Below are positions 1-7,904 of a stretch of DNA of 15,856 bases, one piece after another. A model generated the notes under the pieces. The model made no database searches. It had not been told where the DNA came from and worked only from the letters and a program-made list of their open reading frames with translations. The first letter of the stretch is position 1. Every line of letters starts with the position of its first letter. The DNA is from Arcobacter sp. (GTDB lineage Bacteria; Campylobacterota; Campylobacteria; Campylobacterales; Arcobacteraceae): contig CBFIGT010000051.1 of the NCBI GenBank assembly GCA_965662175.1, forward strand, positions 1 to 15,856, given 5' to 3'. A program made the position numbers and the translations under genes.

Positions 1-1158
1 GCTCCAATTCCTTTTATTCATTGTGAATCATGTGGATTAGTTCCTGAAAAACTACAAAATTTACCTGTTGCACTACCTGATGATGTTGAAATTACAGGTG
101 AGGGTAATCCTTTAGATAATCATCCAACATGGAAACACTGTGCTTGTCCAAAGTGTGGAAAAGATGCTCTTAGAGAAACAGATACTTTAGATACATTTGT
201 TCAATCATCTTGGTACTTTTTAAGATATGCAACTAATAATAAAAAATGGAATGATACAGGTATTTCAAAAGAAGATAGCAATTATTGGATGGATGTTGAC
301 CAATATATTGGTGGAATTGAACATGCAATTTTACACCTTTTATATGCAAGATTTTTTACAAAAGCATTAAATCAACTTGGATACACAAACTCTAAAGAGC
401 CATTTAAAAGACTTCTTACTCAAGGTATGGTTTTAAAAGATGGTGCAAAAATGTCTAAATCAAAGGGTAATGTTGTTGATCCTGATTTAATTGTTGAAAA
501 ATATGGAGCTGATACAGCTAGACTTTTTATGATGTTCGCAGCACCACCAACTAAAGAGTTAGAGTGGAATGATAGTGCTGTTGATGGGGCATTTAGATTT
601 ATTAAAAAGTTTTTTACAAAATCAGAAATGGCAAAAAACTCTACAATTGAAGAGATAAATGCAATTAATCATGATAGTTTGTCAAAAGAGGAAAAAGAGG
701 CTAGAAAAAAAGTTTATGAAGCTTTACAAAAGTCAAATGAAGTATTTGGAAAAACATATGCATTTAACACACTAATTGCTTCTTCAATGGAAGCTATGAA
801 TGCCCTTGGAACTCAAGAAAATAGAGTAGTTTGGGCTGAGGGTTATTATATATTAGCAAATATTTTAGAGCCAATAATTCCGCATCTTTGTTGGGAATTA
901 TCAGATGAACTTTTCCAAATGAAAAACTTTAATAACAATATTGAGGTAAAAGAAGAGGTATTTGCTGTTGACTCGATTATTTTAGCAATTACTATAAATG
1001 GTAAAAAAAGAGCAGAAATTGAAGTTTCTCCTGATGCTACAAAAGATGAGATTTTAGCAAGTGCTAAAAAAGCTTCTAATAAATGGATTGAGGGTAAAGA
1101 GATTATCAAAGAGATTGTTGTACCAAATAAGTTAGTAAACTTAGTAATTAAAGGTTAA
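1..1158 (+). CDS. leuS: Leucine--tRNA ligase, 3' part (gene starts upstream of the window)
   Basis: The frame is open from base 1 ([12 protein letters not shown]...CPKCG...[19 protein letters not shown]), so the ORF-track start at 289 is an internal Met. Contains [15 protein letters not shown], the class I KMSKS motif (448-462), YGADTARLF and the LeuRS C-terminal INGKKR...[11 protein letters not shown]. Confidence 0.98.
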   Translation, partial: APIPFIHCESCGLVPEKLQNLPVALPDDVEITGEGNPLDNHPTWKHCACPKCGKDALRETDTLDTFVQSSWYFLRYATNNKKWNDTGISKEDSNYWMDVDQYIGGIEHAILHLLYARFFTKALNQLGYTNSKEPFKRLLTQGMVLKDGAKMSKSKGNVVDPDLIVEKYGADTARLFMMFAAPPTKELEWNDSAVDGAFRFIKKFFTKSEMAKNSTIEEINAINHDSLSKEEKEARKKVYEALQKSNEVFGKTYAFNTLIASSMEAMNALGTQENRVVWAEGYYILANILEPIIPHLCWELSDELFQMKNFNNNIEVKEEVFAVDSIILAITINGKKRAEIEVSPDATKDEILASAKKASNKWIEGKEIIKEIVVPNKLVNLVIKG

Positions 1159-1160
1159 TT

Positions 1161-1670
1161 ATGAATTTTAAATCATCTATTGTAGCAATTTTAGTTTTGT
1201 TTTTATTTACAGCTTGTGGATATAAGCCATCTTCAACTTATGCAAAAAAAGAGATTTATGGAAATGTATTTGTAGATTTAAATGTAAATATAGAAGACCC
1301 TAAAAACTCTGTTTTAATAAAAGACTCTATGATTGAACTACTTGTTCATAGATTAGGTTCAAAATTAGTAAATAAAAAAGAGTTGGCTGATACAATTGTA
1401 AATATTAAACTAAATTCTGTTGGATTATCAGCACTACAATATGATGATTCAGGATATATAAATCTTTATAAAGCAAGTGCTAATATAAGTGTTAATTACA
1501 CTAATAAAGAGGATAAAAATAGTTTTAATGTTTCAGGAGTTTATGAGTTCTCTATCGAAGATGAAACAATATCTGATTCAAAAAGATATGAAGCCATAAA
1601 AGCTGCTGCTAATAAAGCACTAGATGAAGTTATTTCAAAACTAGCTGTTTTATCTTTTAAAGTTAAATAG
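1161..1670 (+). CDS. lptE: LPS assembly lipoprotein LptE-like
   Basis: Hydrophobic signal peptide with lipobox LFTAC followed by GYKP; 169 aa; directly after leuS, the usual lptE position. Confidence 0.85.
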   Translation: MNFKSSIVAILVLFLFTACGYKPSSTYAKKEIYGNVFVDLNVNIEDPKNSVLIKDSMIELLVHRLGSKLVNKKELADTIVNIKLNSVGLSALQYDDSGYINLYKASANISVNYTNKEDKNSFNVSGVYEFSIEDETISDSKRYEAIKAAANKALDEVISKLAVLSFKVK

Positions 1671-1675
1671 AGAAC

Positions 1676-2845
1676 GTGAATATAGATTTTAAAAATGCTA
1701 ATCTAAAAACTTTTTTAGATTATAAAACCATGTACTATGATAAAATAGATTTTTCAACTATTGAAAAATCTTTTTTATTGTTAAAGAAGAGTTTGGAATT
1801 GCCCTATATTATCCATATTGTTGGTACTAATGGAAAAGGAACTACAGGACGATTTTTAGCAACATATTTACATAAAATTGGTAAAAATGTACTTCACTAT
1901 AGTTCTCCACATATAAATAAATTCAATGAAAGAATTTGGATAAATGGTAAATATATTTCTGATGAGTTATTAGAAAAATCCCATAAAAAAATCCAAGAAT
2001 TATTATCTTTAGAGTTATTAGAAAAATTGACATATTTTGAGTATACAACTCTTTTGGCTTTTTTAGTAAGTGATAAAAGAGAGTATTTAATCTTAGAAGC
2101 TGGACTTGGTGGTGAGTTTGATGCTACAAATGTGGCTTATAATAATTTATCATTAATTACAACAATTGATTTAGACCACCAATCATTTTTGGGAAATACA
2201 ATAAAAGAGATTTCCTTAACAAAAATGCGTTCAGTTGATAATACAATGATTGTTGGTTATCAAATTAATGAAGAGGTTTATGATTGGGCAAAAGAGATTT
2301 CTTTAAGTAAAAATGTAAAATTATTAAATTTGAATGATTTTAAAATTGATATTTCTAGTTTATCAAAACTTTTTCCTCTTTATTTACAAAGAAATTTATT
2401 ACTTTGTCTTTGTGCATTAAAATATTTAAATATTGATATTGAGTTATCTTTTTTTGAAGATATAAAATTTGAGGGAAGATGCCAAAAATATAAAAAAAAT
2501 ATAACCCTTGATGTTGGACATAACCCTTTAGCTGCAAAATCTCTACTTGAGGTTTTTAAAGATAAAAAAATTAATCTTATTTATAACTCTTATAAAGACA
2601 AAGATTATGAGAAAGTTTTAGAGATATTAAAACCAATTATAAAAAAACTTTATATTTTACCAATAGAGGATAAAAGAATGGCTAAGGAGCTCGATTTAAT
2701 TAATGTTTGTAAAAAATTTAATATAATAACAGAGTTATTTGAAAATAAAATCTCTTTGAATGAAGAGTATTTGGTTTTTGGATCATTTTTAGTAATTGAG
2801 AAATTTATGAAAATAGAGAAAAGTTTAGATGAAAATATTAAATAA
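1676..2845 (+). CDS. folC: Bifunctional folylpolyglutamate synthase / dihydrofolate synthase
   Basis: HIVGTNGKGTT P-loop, SSPH, ERIWING, LTYFE, EAGLGGEFDATN, DLDH, DVGHN and VFGSF motifs; GTG start. Confidence 0.95.
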   Translation: MNIDFKNANLKTFLDYKTMYYDKIDFSTIEKSFLLLKKSLELPYIIHIVGTNGKGTTGRFLATYLHKIGKNVLHYSSPHINKFNERIWINGKYISDELLEKSHKKIQELLSLELLEKLTYFEYTTLLAFLVSDKREYLILEAGLGGEFDATNVAYNNLSLITTIDLDHQSFLGNTIKEISLTKMRSVDNTMIVGYQINEEVYDWAKEISLSKNVKLLNLNDFKIDISSLSKLFPLYLQRNLLLCLCALKYLNIDIELSFFEDIKFEGRCQKYKKNITLDVGHNPLAAKSLLEVFKDKKINLIYNSYKDKDYEKVLEILKPIIKKLYILPIEDKRMAKELDLINVCKKFNIITELFENKISLNEEYLVFGSFLVIEKFMKIEKSLDENIK

Positions 2846-3743
2846 TAGATTAGTTATAACTGTTTCAGATGTAAATAGTACAAAATCTTATAACATCCAT
2901 CAGCTTTTTAAAAAATTAATATTTATTGCAATATTTGTAACTTTTGCTATCATAGCTGGTTCTTTTTGGTTAATTTCACTTTTAAGCAATGAGATGGATG
3001 AGTTAAAGTATAAAAAAGAGAAAGAGATAACTTTTTTAACAGAAAAAGAGAAAAAACTTCAAGCTCAGAATTTATTTTATTCAATGCAAATAAAGGGTAA
3101 GGTTAAAGATATAGAGGAGCTAAGTTCTAAGCTTGATAGTATTGAAGAGATTATTGGAATTAAGAAAAATGATAGTGATCAAGATGCTATTACAAGAGCT
3201 ACTCTAGCTAAGATTTCATCATCTCAGAAAATGTATATGCTTACAACTATTCCAAATGGTTCGCCACTTAAGGAGTTAAAAACAACTGCAAGTTTTGGGT
3301 ATAGAATTCATCCCGTAACTAGCCAAAAACAGTTTCATAGGGGAATTGATTTAAGAGCTTCAATTAACACTCCTGTTTATGCAACAGCTGATGGAGTTGT
3401 ACGATATGTACAACCTAGAAATAGTGGAGATTTTGGTAGAGTAATTATCATTTCTCATAATTTTGGTTTTGAAACAGTTTATGCACACTTAAGAGAAACT
3501 AATGTTAAACTAGGTGATGTTATCAAAAAAAATCAGATAATTGCAATGAGCGGGAATTCGGGTAGAAGTACTGGACCTCATTTACATTATGAGATAAGAT
3601 ATGCAAGTATGGTTTTAAATCCAAGGGATTTTATAGATTGGAATCTTAAAAGTTATGAAAATATTTTTAGTAAACAAAGGAGAGTAAGGTGGGAGTATTT
3701 GGTAAATCTAATAAAGGAACATCACAAGCTGGAGCAACTGTAA
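2829..3743 (+). CDS. Membrane-anchored M23 family metallopeptidase (Csd1-like cell-shape peptidoglycan endopeptidase)
   Basis: N-terminal TM helix and coiled coil, then FGYRIHPV, HRGID (HxxxD), YAHL and SGRSTGPHLHYE (HxH) with zinc ligands intact; lies between folC and a bactofilin; overlaps folC by 17 nt. Confidence 0.93.
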   Translation: MKILNNRLVITVSDVNSTKSYNIHQLFKKLIFIAIFVTFAIIAGSFWLISLLSNEMDELKYKKEKEITFLTEKEKKLQAQNLFYSMQIKGKVKDIEELSSKLDSIEEIIGIKKNDSDQDAITRATLAKISSSQKMYMLTTIPNGSPLKELKTTASFGYRIHPVTSQKQFHRGIDLRASINTPVYATADGVVRYVQPRNSGDFGRVIIISHNFGFETVYAHLRETNVKLGDVIKKNQIIAMSGNSGRSTGPHLHYEIRYASMVLNPRDFIDWNLKSYENIFSKQRRVRWEYLVNLIKEHHKLEQL

Positions 3744-4162
3744 TTGCAAAGGGAACTTGTATAATTGGTGGAATCTCAACTCAAGGTACAGTTCATATTG
3801 ATGGTAAATTTGAGGGTGTTATTTTAGAAGCTGATGCAATTTCTATTGGTAAAACAGGAGAAGTTGTGGGTGATTTAAAGGCAAATCATATTGTAATAAG
3901 TGGTTTTTTTGATGGTAAAATAGATTGTAATATTATGCAAATTTTATCTTCAGCAAAAGTTATTGGAGATTTTACTTATAGTGATTTGATTATTGAAGAG
4001 GATGCTAAATTTGAGGGAAGAGTTATTAGAAAAAACTCAGAGCTTAAAAGTAGATACAATGAAATTGAGAACAAAATAGGAAATATTGTTTCAAGTAATC
4101 AAGAAGTTACGAATGAAGATATGCAATCAGCACAAATCCCAAATTCAGAAAAAACTAAATAA
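3689..4162 (+). CDS. Bactofilin / polymer-forming cytoskeletal protein (CcmA-like)
   Basis: ATVIAKGTCIIGGI...VHIDGKFEGVI...ISIGKTGEVVGDLKA...LIIEEDAKFEG beta-helix repeats; AAGGAG RBS at 3677-3682, 6 nt before the GTG at 3689. Confidence 0.93.
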   Translation: MGVFGKSNKGTSQAGATVIAKGTCIIGGISTQGTVHIDGKFEGVILEADAISIGKTGEVVGDLKANHIVISGFFDGKIDCNIMQILSSAKVIGDFTYSDLIIEEDAKFEGRVIRKNSELKSRYNEIENKIGNIVSSNQEVTNEDMQSAQIPNSEKTK

Positions 4163-6251
4163 TTTATACTCTCAAAAAAAGCTAATCGATGAAGAGATAG
4201 CTTTTTTAGAAAAAGAGTTAAAAAAGAATAAAAACCTTACAAAAAAAGAAAAAATAGAGCTATTTAGAGCTCTATTTATATCAAGAGAAGATATTTTTTT
4301 AAAAAAATGGATAAGTAAAGATGGAAGTAAATCATCATATTATCCTGTAACCGCCACCTTTAAAGGTGAAGATTATTTACCCCTAACAAATCAAGATATA
4401 GAAGAGCATTTAAGAGGATTAGTTCAATTAGCTACATATTTGATTTCAAAAGAGTCAAATAGTAAATTTGCTGTATTAAAAATAGCAAATAGTGATAAAT
4501 ACCAATTGGAGATAGTATTAAATAGTTTAAATATTGCAGGACACTATTTGTATGATTCAAATAATGATTTATTAGTATGGTTCTTTTTTGATGAAAAAAT
4601 CAGTAGTAAAGATGCAAAATCATTTTTAGAATCAATACTAAAAGAGGCGAATATAAGTGGAAAACTATTTCCAAATCAAGATTTTTCTAATAATTCATCA
4701 ATGGGAATATTTATAGAGTTGCCACTTCATTTAAAATATAGAGAAAAAAATCAAACAGTCTTTTATGATATTAAAAATAGTACTGCAATAAATGACCAAT
4801 GGGATTATTTACAAAATATTAAAAAAATATCAAAAGATGAAGCTTTGAAAATAGCTAAAAAAAGTGATGTAAAAGTATTAAATAGTTGGGAAAAAGAGGA
4901 GCTTAGAGTTGAGTATCCTAATTTTTTATTGAAAATTGTGCTTTATGAGTATATTTATATTCCAACAAAGAATTTATCAAAAAGTTTTCTAAATGAACTA
5001 AAAAATTTAGCAACTTTTGAAAATCCACAAATAAAAACACTTTTGAGTCTTAGAAAACCACTTTATAACACTCCAAAATATATTAAAAACTTTGAAGAGG
5101 ATGAAAGCTATTTAAAACTACCAAGGGGAGTTTTAGGTGATGTTATTAGAATTTGTAAAAAAAACAGTATTAAATATAGTTTAGATGATAAAAGAGTAGA
5201 GATTAAAAATTCTTATCCAAAACTAAAATTTGTGTTAAGAGATGAACAAGAAGAGGCAATACAGAAGGTCTCAAAAAAAGATTTTTCAATTTGTGTTGCA
5301 CCTCCTGGCTTTGGGAAAACATTAATTGGTGCAAAAATGTGTGAAATAAGAGGAGTTAATGCTTTAGTTTTAGTAAATAAAAATATGCTATTAGACCAAT
5401 GGGTACAAAGATTTGTTGACTATTTTTCAATGGATAAAAAAGAGATAGGAATTTTGGGCAAAAGTAAAAATAAACTTACAGGTAAACTAGATATTGCAAC
5501 TATGCAAAGTCTTAAAAATCAGCCTGAGATTATAAAAAACTACTCTTTTGTTATTGTTGATGAGTGTCACCATATTCCAGCTGTTACCTTTGAACAAATA
5601 ATTAAACTCTTTTGTGGAAAGTATTTATTAGGTCTTAGTGCAACACCAAATAGAAAAGATGGATTAGAACCAATTTTATTTCAACAGCTAGGAAAAATAT
5701 CTTATGAATATAGAAAAAAAAGAACAATTACCCATCAATTAAAAGTTATTAATACTAGTTTTGTAAGTGATGCTGATAATTATGCACAACTTATAAATGA
5801 AATCACAGTTAATGAAGAGAGAAACCAATTAATAATAGATGAGATAAGAAAATATGAAAATAGAAAAATATTAGTTTTAACAGATAGAATTGAGCATATA
5901 AATCTATTAGAAGAGTTATTAATAAGAAATAATTTAAATTATGTTATTATACACGGAAGTTTAAGTAAAAAAGAGCAAGAAAGCAGTTTGGAAAAAATTG
6001 AAACAAACAGTTTGATTCTTGCAACGACTTCATATTTTGGAGAGGGAATAGATTTCCCACATCTAAATACAATTATATTTGCCACACCTATATCATATTA
6101 TGGAAGATTAGTTCAGTACCTAGGTAGGGTTGGACGTGATGGTCAGGCTTGTTTAGCTATTGATTTAGTTGATACAAAAAATGCAATGCTTAACTCTACA
6201 TTCAAAAAAAGAATGGATGGTTATAAACAGATGCATTATAAAATTTTTTAG
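4113..6251 (+). CDS. SF2 DExH helicase (XPB/Rad25/ResIII-like) with an N-terminal degenerate AEP-primase-like (TOTE-type) domain
   Basis: Walker A APPGFGKT (5298-5321), DECH (5559-5570), GLSAT, EGIDFPHL and QYLGRVGR. The N-terminal region carries LFRALF-REDIF, YLPLT...HL-G, VWFFFDE, LFPNQD, IELPL and DQW-YL, which I recognise from AEP-TOTE/helicase fusions. Start uncertain: TTG 4086 (ORF track) or ATG 4113. Confidence 0.88.
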   Translation: MKICNQHKSQIQKKLNNLYSQKKLIDEEIAFLEKELKKNKNLTKKEKIELFRALFISREDIFLKKWISKDGSKSSYYPVTATFKGEDYLPLTNQDIEEHLRGLVQLATYLISKESNSKFAVLKIANSDKYQLEIVLNSLNIAGHYLYDSNNDLLVWFFFDEKISSKDAKSFLESILKEANISGKLFPNQDFSNNSSMGIFIELPLHLKYREKNQTVFYDIKNSTAINDQWDYLQNIKKISKDEALKIAKKSDVKVLNSWEKEELRVEYPNFLLKIVLYEYIYIPTKNLSKSFLNELKNLATFENPQIKTLLSLRKPLYNTPKYIKNFEEDESYLKLPRGVLGDVIRICKKNSIKYSLDDKRVEIKNSYPKLKFVLRDEQEEAIQKVSKKDFSICVAPPGFGKTLIGAKMCEIRGVNALVLVNKNMLLDQWVQRFVDYFSMDKKEIGILGKSKNKLTGKLDIATMQSLKNQPEIIKNYSFVIVDECHHIPAVTFEQIIKLFCGKYLLGLSATPNRKDGLEPILFQQLGKISYEYRKKRTITHQLKVINTSFVSDADNYAQLINEITVNEERNQLIIDEIRKYENRKILVLTDRIEHINLLEELLIRNNLNYVIIHGSLSKKEQESSLEKIETNSLILATTSYFGEGIDFPHLNTIIFATPISYYGRLVQYLGRVGRDGQACLAIDLVDTKNAMLNSTFKKRMDGYKQMHYKIF

Positions 6252-6258
6252 GATTTAA

Positions 6259-7884
6259 ATGTTAGGAATTATTGTTGCTGCAATTTTTATTGCAATTATT
6301 GTTAATTTATTATTAAAAAGATTTCAACTACCAACTATCATAGGTTATATAGTAACAGGTACTATTATTGCTTATTTATTTGATTTACATAGTGCTGTAA
6401 ATAATCATGACTTAAAAGAGATAGCTGAGTTTGGTGTTGTATTTTTAATGTTTACTATTGGATTAGAGTTCTCAGTTGATGCCTTAGTTCGTATGAAAAG
6501 AGAGGTTTTTATAACAGGAACTTTACAAGTTGTAGTTACAACATTAATTGTTGTTCTTATCTCTTTTTATATATTAAATTTTGATTTCCAAACCTCAATG
6601 ATAATTGGTACCGCTCTTTCATTATCTTCAACAGCAATTGTTTTAAAAACTTATAATGAGAATAAAGATATTAAAAAAAGACATGGTCAAAGAGTTCTTG
6701 GAATTTTGATTATGCAAGATATCGCTGTTATACCCATATTACTTATGATTTCTATATTTACAATGGATTCTGAAAACTCTGTTTGGTATATAATTTTACA
6801 AACAGCTATTGCAGCAATTGTATTAATTGCAATACTATATGTTGTTGGAAAATATTTATTGGAGCCTTTTTTTACCCATGTTAGTGAAACAAACTCAGAT
6901 GAACTTTTTGTTGGTTCTGTTTTATTAATAGCAATTGGTGCTTCATTTATGGCTAATTATTTTGGTTTTTCTTATTCACTTGGGGCATTTATTGCAGGTA
7001 TGATGATTGCTGAAACTAAATTTAAACATCAAGTTGAATCAGACTTAATCCCATTTAGAAATTTACTACTTGGAGTTTTCTTTATAACAGTTGGTATGCA
7101 AATAAACTTTGCAATGATAGCTGAGCATATTTTTACAATACTTTTATTGCTTCCAATATTAATGATTACTAAATATTTTATTATTTATGGAATAGTTAGA
7201 ATTGATGATACAAAAAGAGTTGCTTTTAAAACAGCACTATCTTTGGTGCAAATTGGAGAGTTTTCCCTAGCCATCTTAGAGTTAGCAAGAAGTGCAAATT
7301 TACTTAATTCAACCCATACACAAATATTAATTGTAACAATTGTATTATCTATGATTTTAACACCAATAGCACTTAAAAACTTATCAAAAATAGCAAGTTC
7401 TGTATTACCTGATGATGTTATGGAAGTACCAGCTCCTATGGCTGTAGATACTGATTTAAAAGGGCATGTTGTAGTGCTTGGTTATGGACATCTTGGACAA
7501 GAGATTGTAAGGGAATTAAAAGCTATTCAAAATGAGTATGTTATTATTGAAAATAAGATAAAGTTTTATCAAATGGGTAAAGATGATAATGAACCAATAA
7601 TTTTTGGAAATGCTGCACAAAAACATATTTTAGAGTCTGTTAATATAAAAACATCCTGTGCTGTTATTGTTGCTGTTGATAATCCTGAGCAACTTCATTT
7701 GATTTGTGAAACTATTGATGAGTTAACTAAAAATACAAAAACAATTGTAAAAATTACAAAATCAGAAGATAAAAAACTAATAGAGGGACTTCACTTAAAA
7801 CATATTATTGTGGATGATGAGGTTGTAGCACGTGCTTTAGTTGAAGAGACAAGAGTTTGTAGTATTGATTTTTCTAGGAAATAA
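6259..7884 (+). CDS. CPA2-family cation:proton antiporter (KefB/KefC-like K+ efflux) with C-terminal RCK/TrkA-N domain
   Basis: Many TM helices; AEFGVVFLMFTIGLE, LSLSSTAIV, ILIMQD, SLGAFIAGMMIAET and QIGEFS motifs; C-terminal VVVLGYGHLG Rossmann motif; AGGA RBS. Confidence 0.93.
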   Translation: MLGIIVAAIFIAIIVNLLLKRFQLPTIIGYIVTGTIIAYLFDLHSAVNNHDLKEIAEFGVVFLMFTIGLEFSVDALVRMKREVFITGTLQVVVTTLIVVLISFYILNFDFQTSMIIGTALSLSSTAIVLKTYNENKDIKKRHGQRVLGILIMQDIAVIPILLMISIFTMDSENSVWYIILQTAIAAIVLIAILYVVGKYLLEPFFTHVSETNSDELFVGSVLLIAIGASFMANYFGFSYSLGAFIAGMMIAETKFKHQVESDLIPFRNLLLGVFFITVGMQINFAMIAEHIFTILLLLPILMITKYFIIYGIVRIDDTKRVAFKTALSLVQIGEFSLAILELARSANLLNSTHTQILIVTIVLSMILTPIALKNLSKIASSVLPDDVMEVPAPMAVDTDLKGHVVVLGYGHLGQEIVRELKAIQNEYVIIENKIKFYQMGKDDNEPIIFGNAAQKHILESVNIKTSCAVIVAVDNPEQLHLICETIDELTKNTKTIVKITKSEDKKLIEGLHLKHIIVDDEVVARALVEETRVCSIDFSRK

Positions 7885-7904
7885 GATACTTTAAAAGTAT
7901 CTTA
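7882..7904. terminator. Palindrome between convergent genes, probable bidirectional terminator
   Basis: TAAGATACTTT-A-AAAGTATCTTA has perfect 11-bp arms; the outer triplets are the TAA stop codons of the two convergent genes. Confidence 0.6.

Noticed and set aside
289..291. ORF-track start for LeuRS
   Set aside because: The frame is open and clearly LeuRS-like from base 1, so this is an internal Met, not a truncated gene.
846..1109. 87-aa minus-strand ORF
   Set aside because: Lies entirely antisense to leuS with no recognisable motif; a shadow ORF.
2492..2499. Poly-A runs as phase-variation tracts
   Set aside because: A/T runs of 7-8 nt are expected at this composition and the frames are intact; no long poly-G/C tract was seen.
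2355..2537. 60-aa minus-strand ORF
   Set aside because: Antisense within folC; no RBS or family signal seen.
4113..6251. Helicase as a type III restriction Res subunit or as Mfd
   Set aside because: No adjacent Mod methyltransferase, no C-terminal nuclease domain, and no Mfd-specific domains or length.
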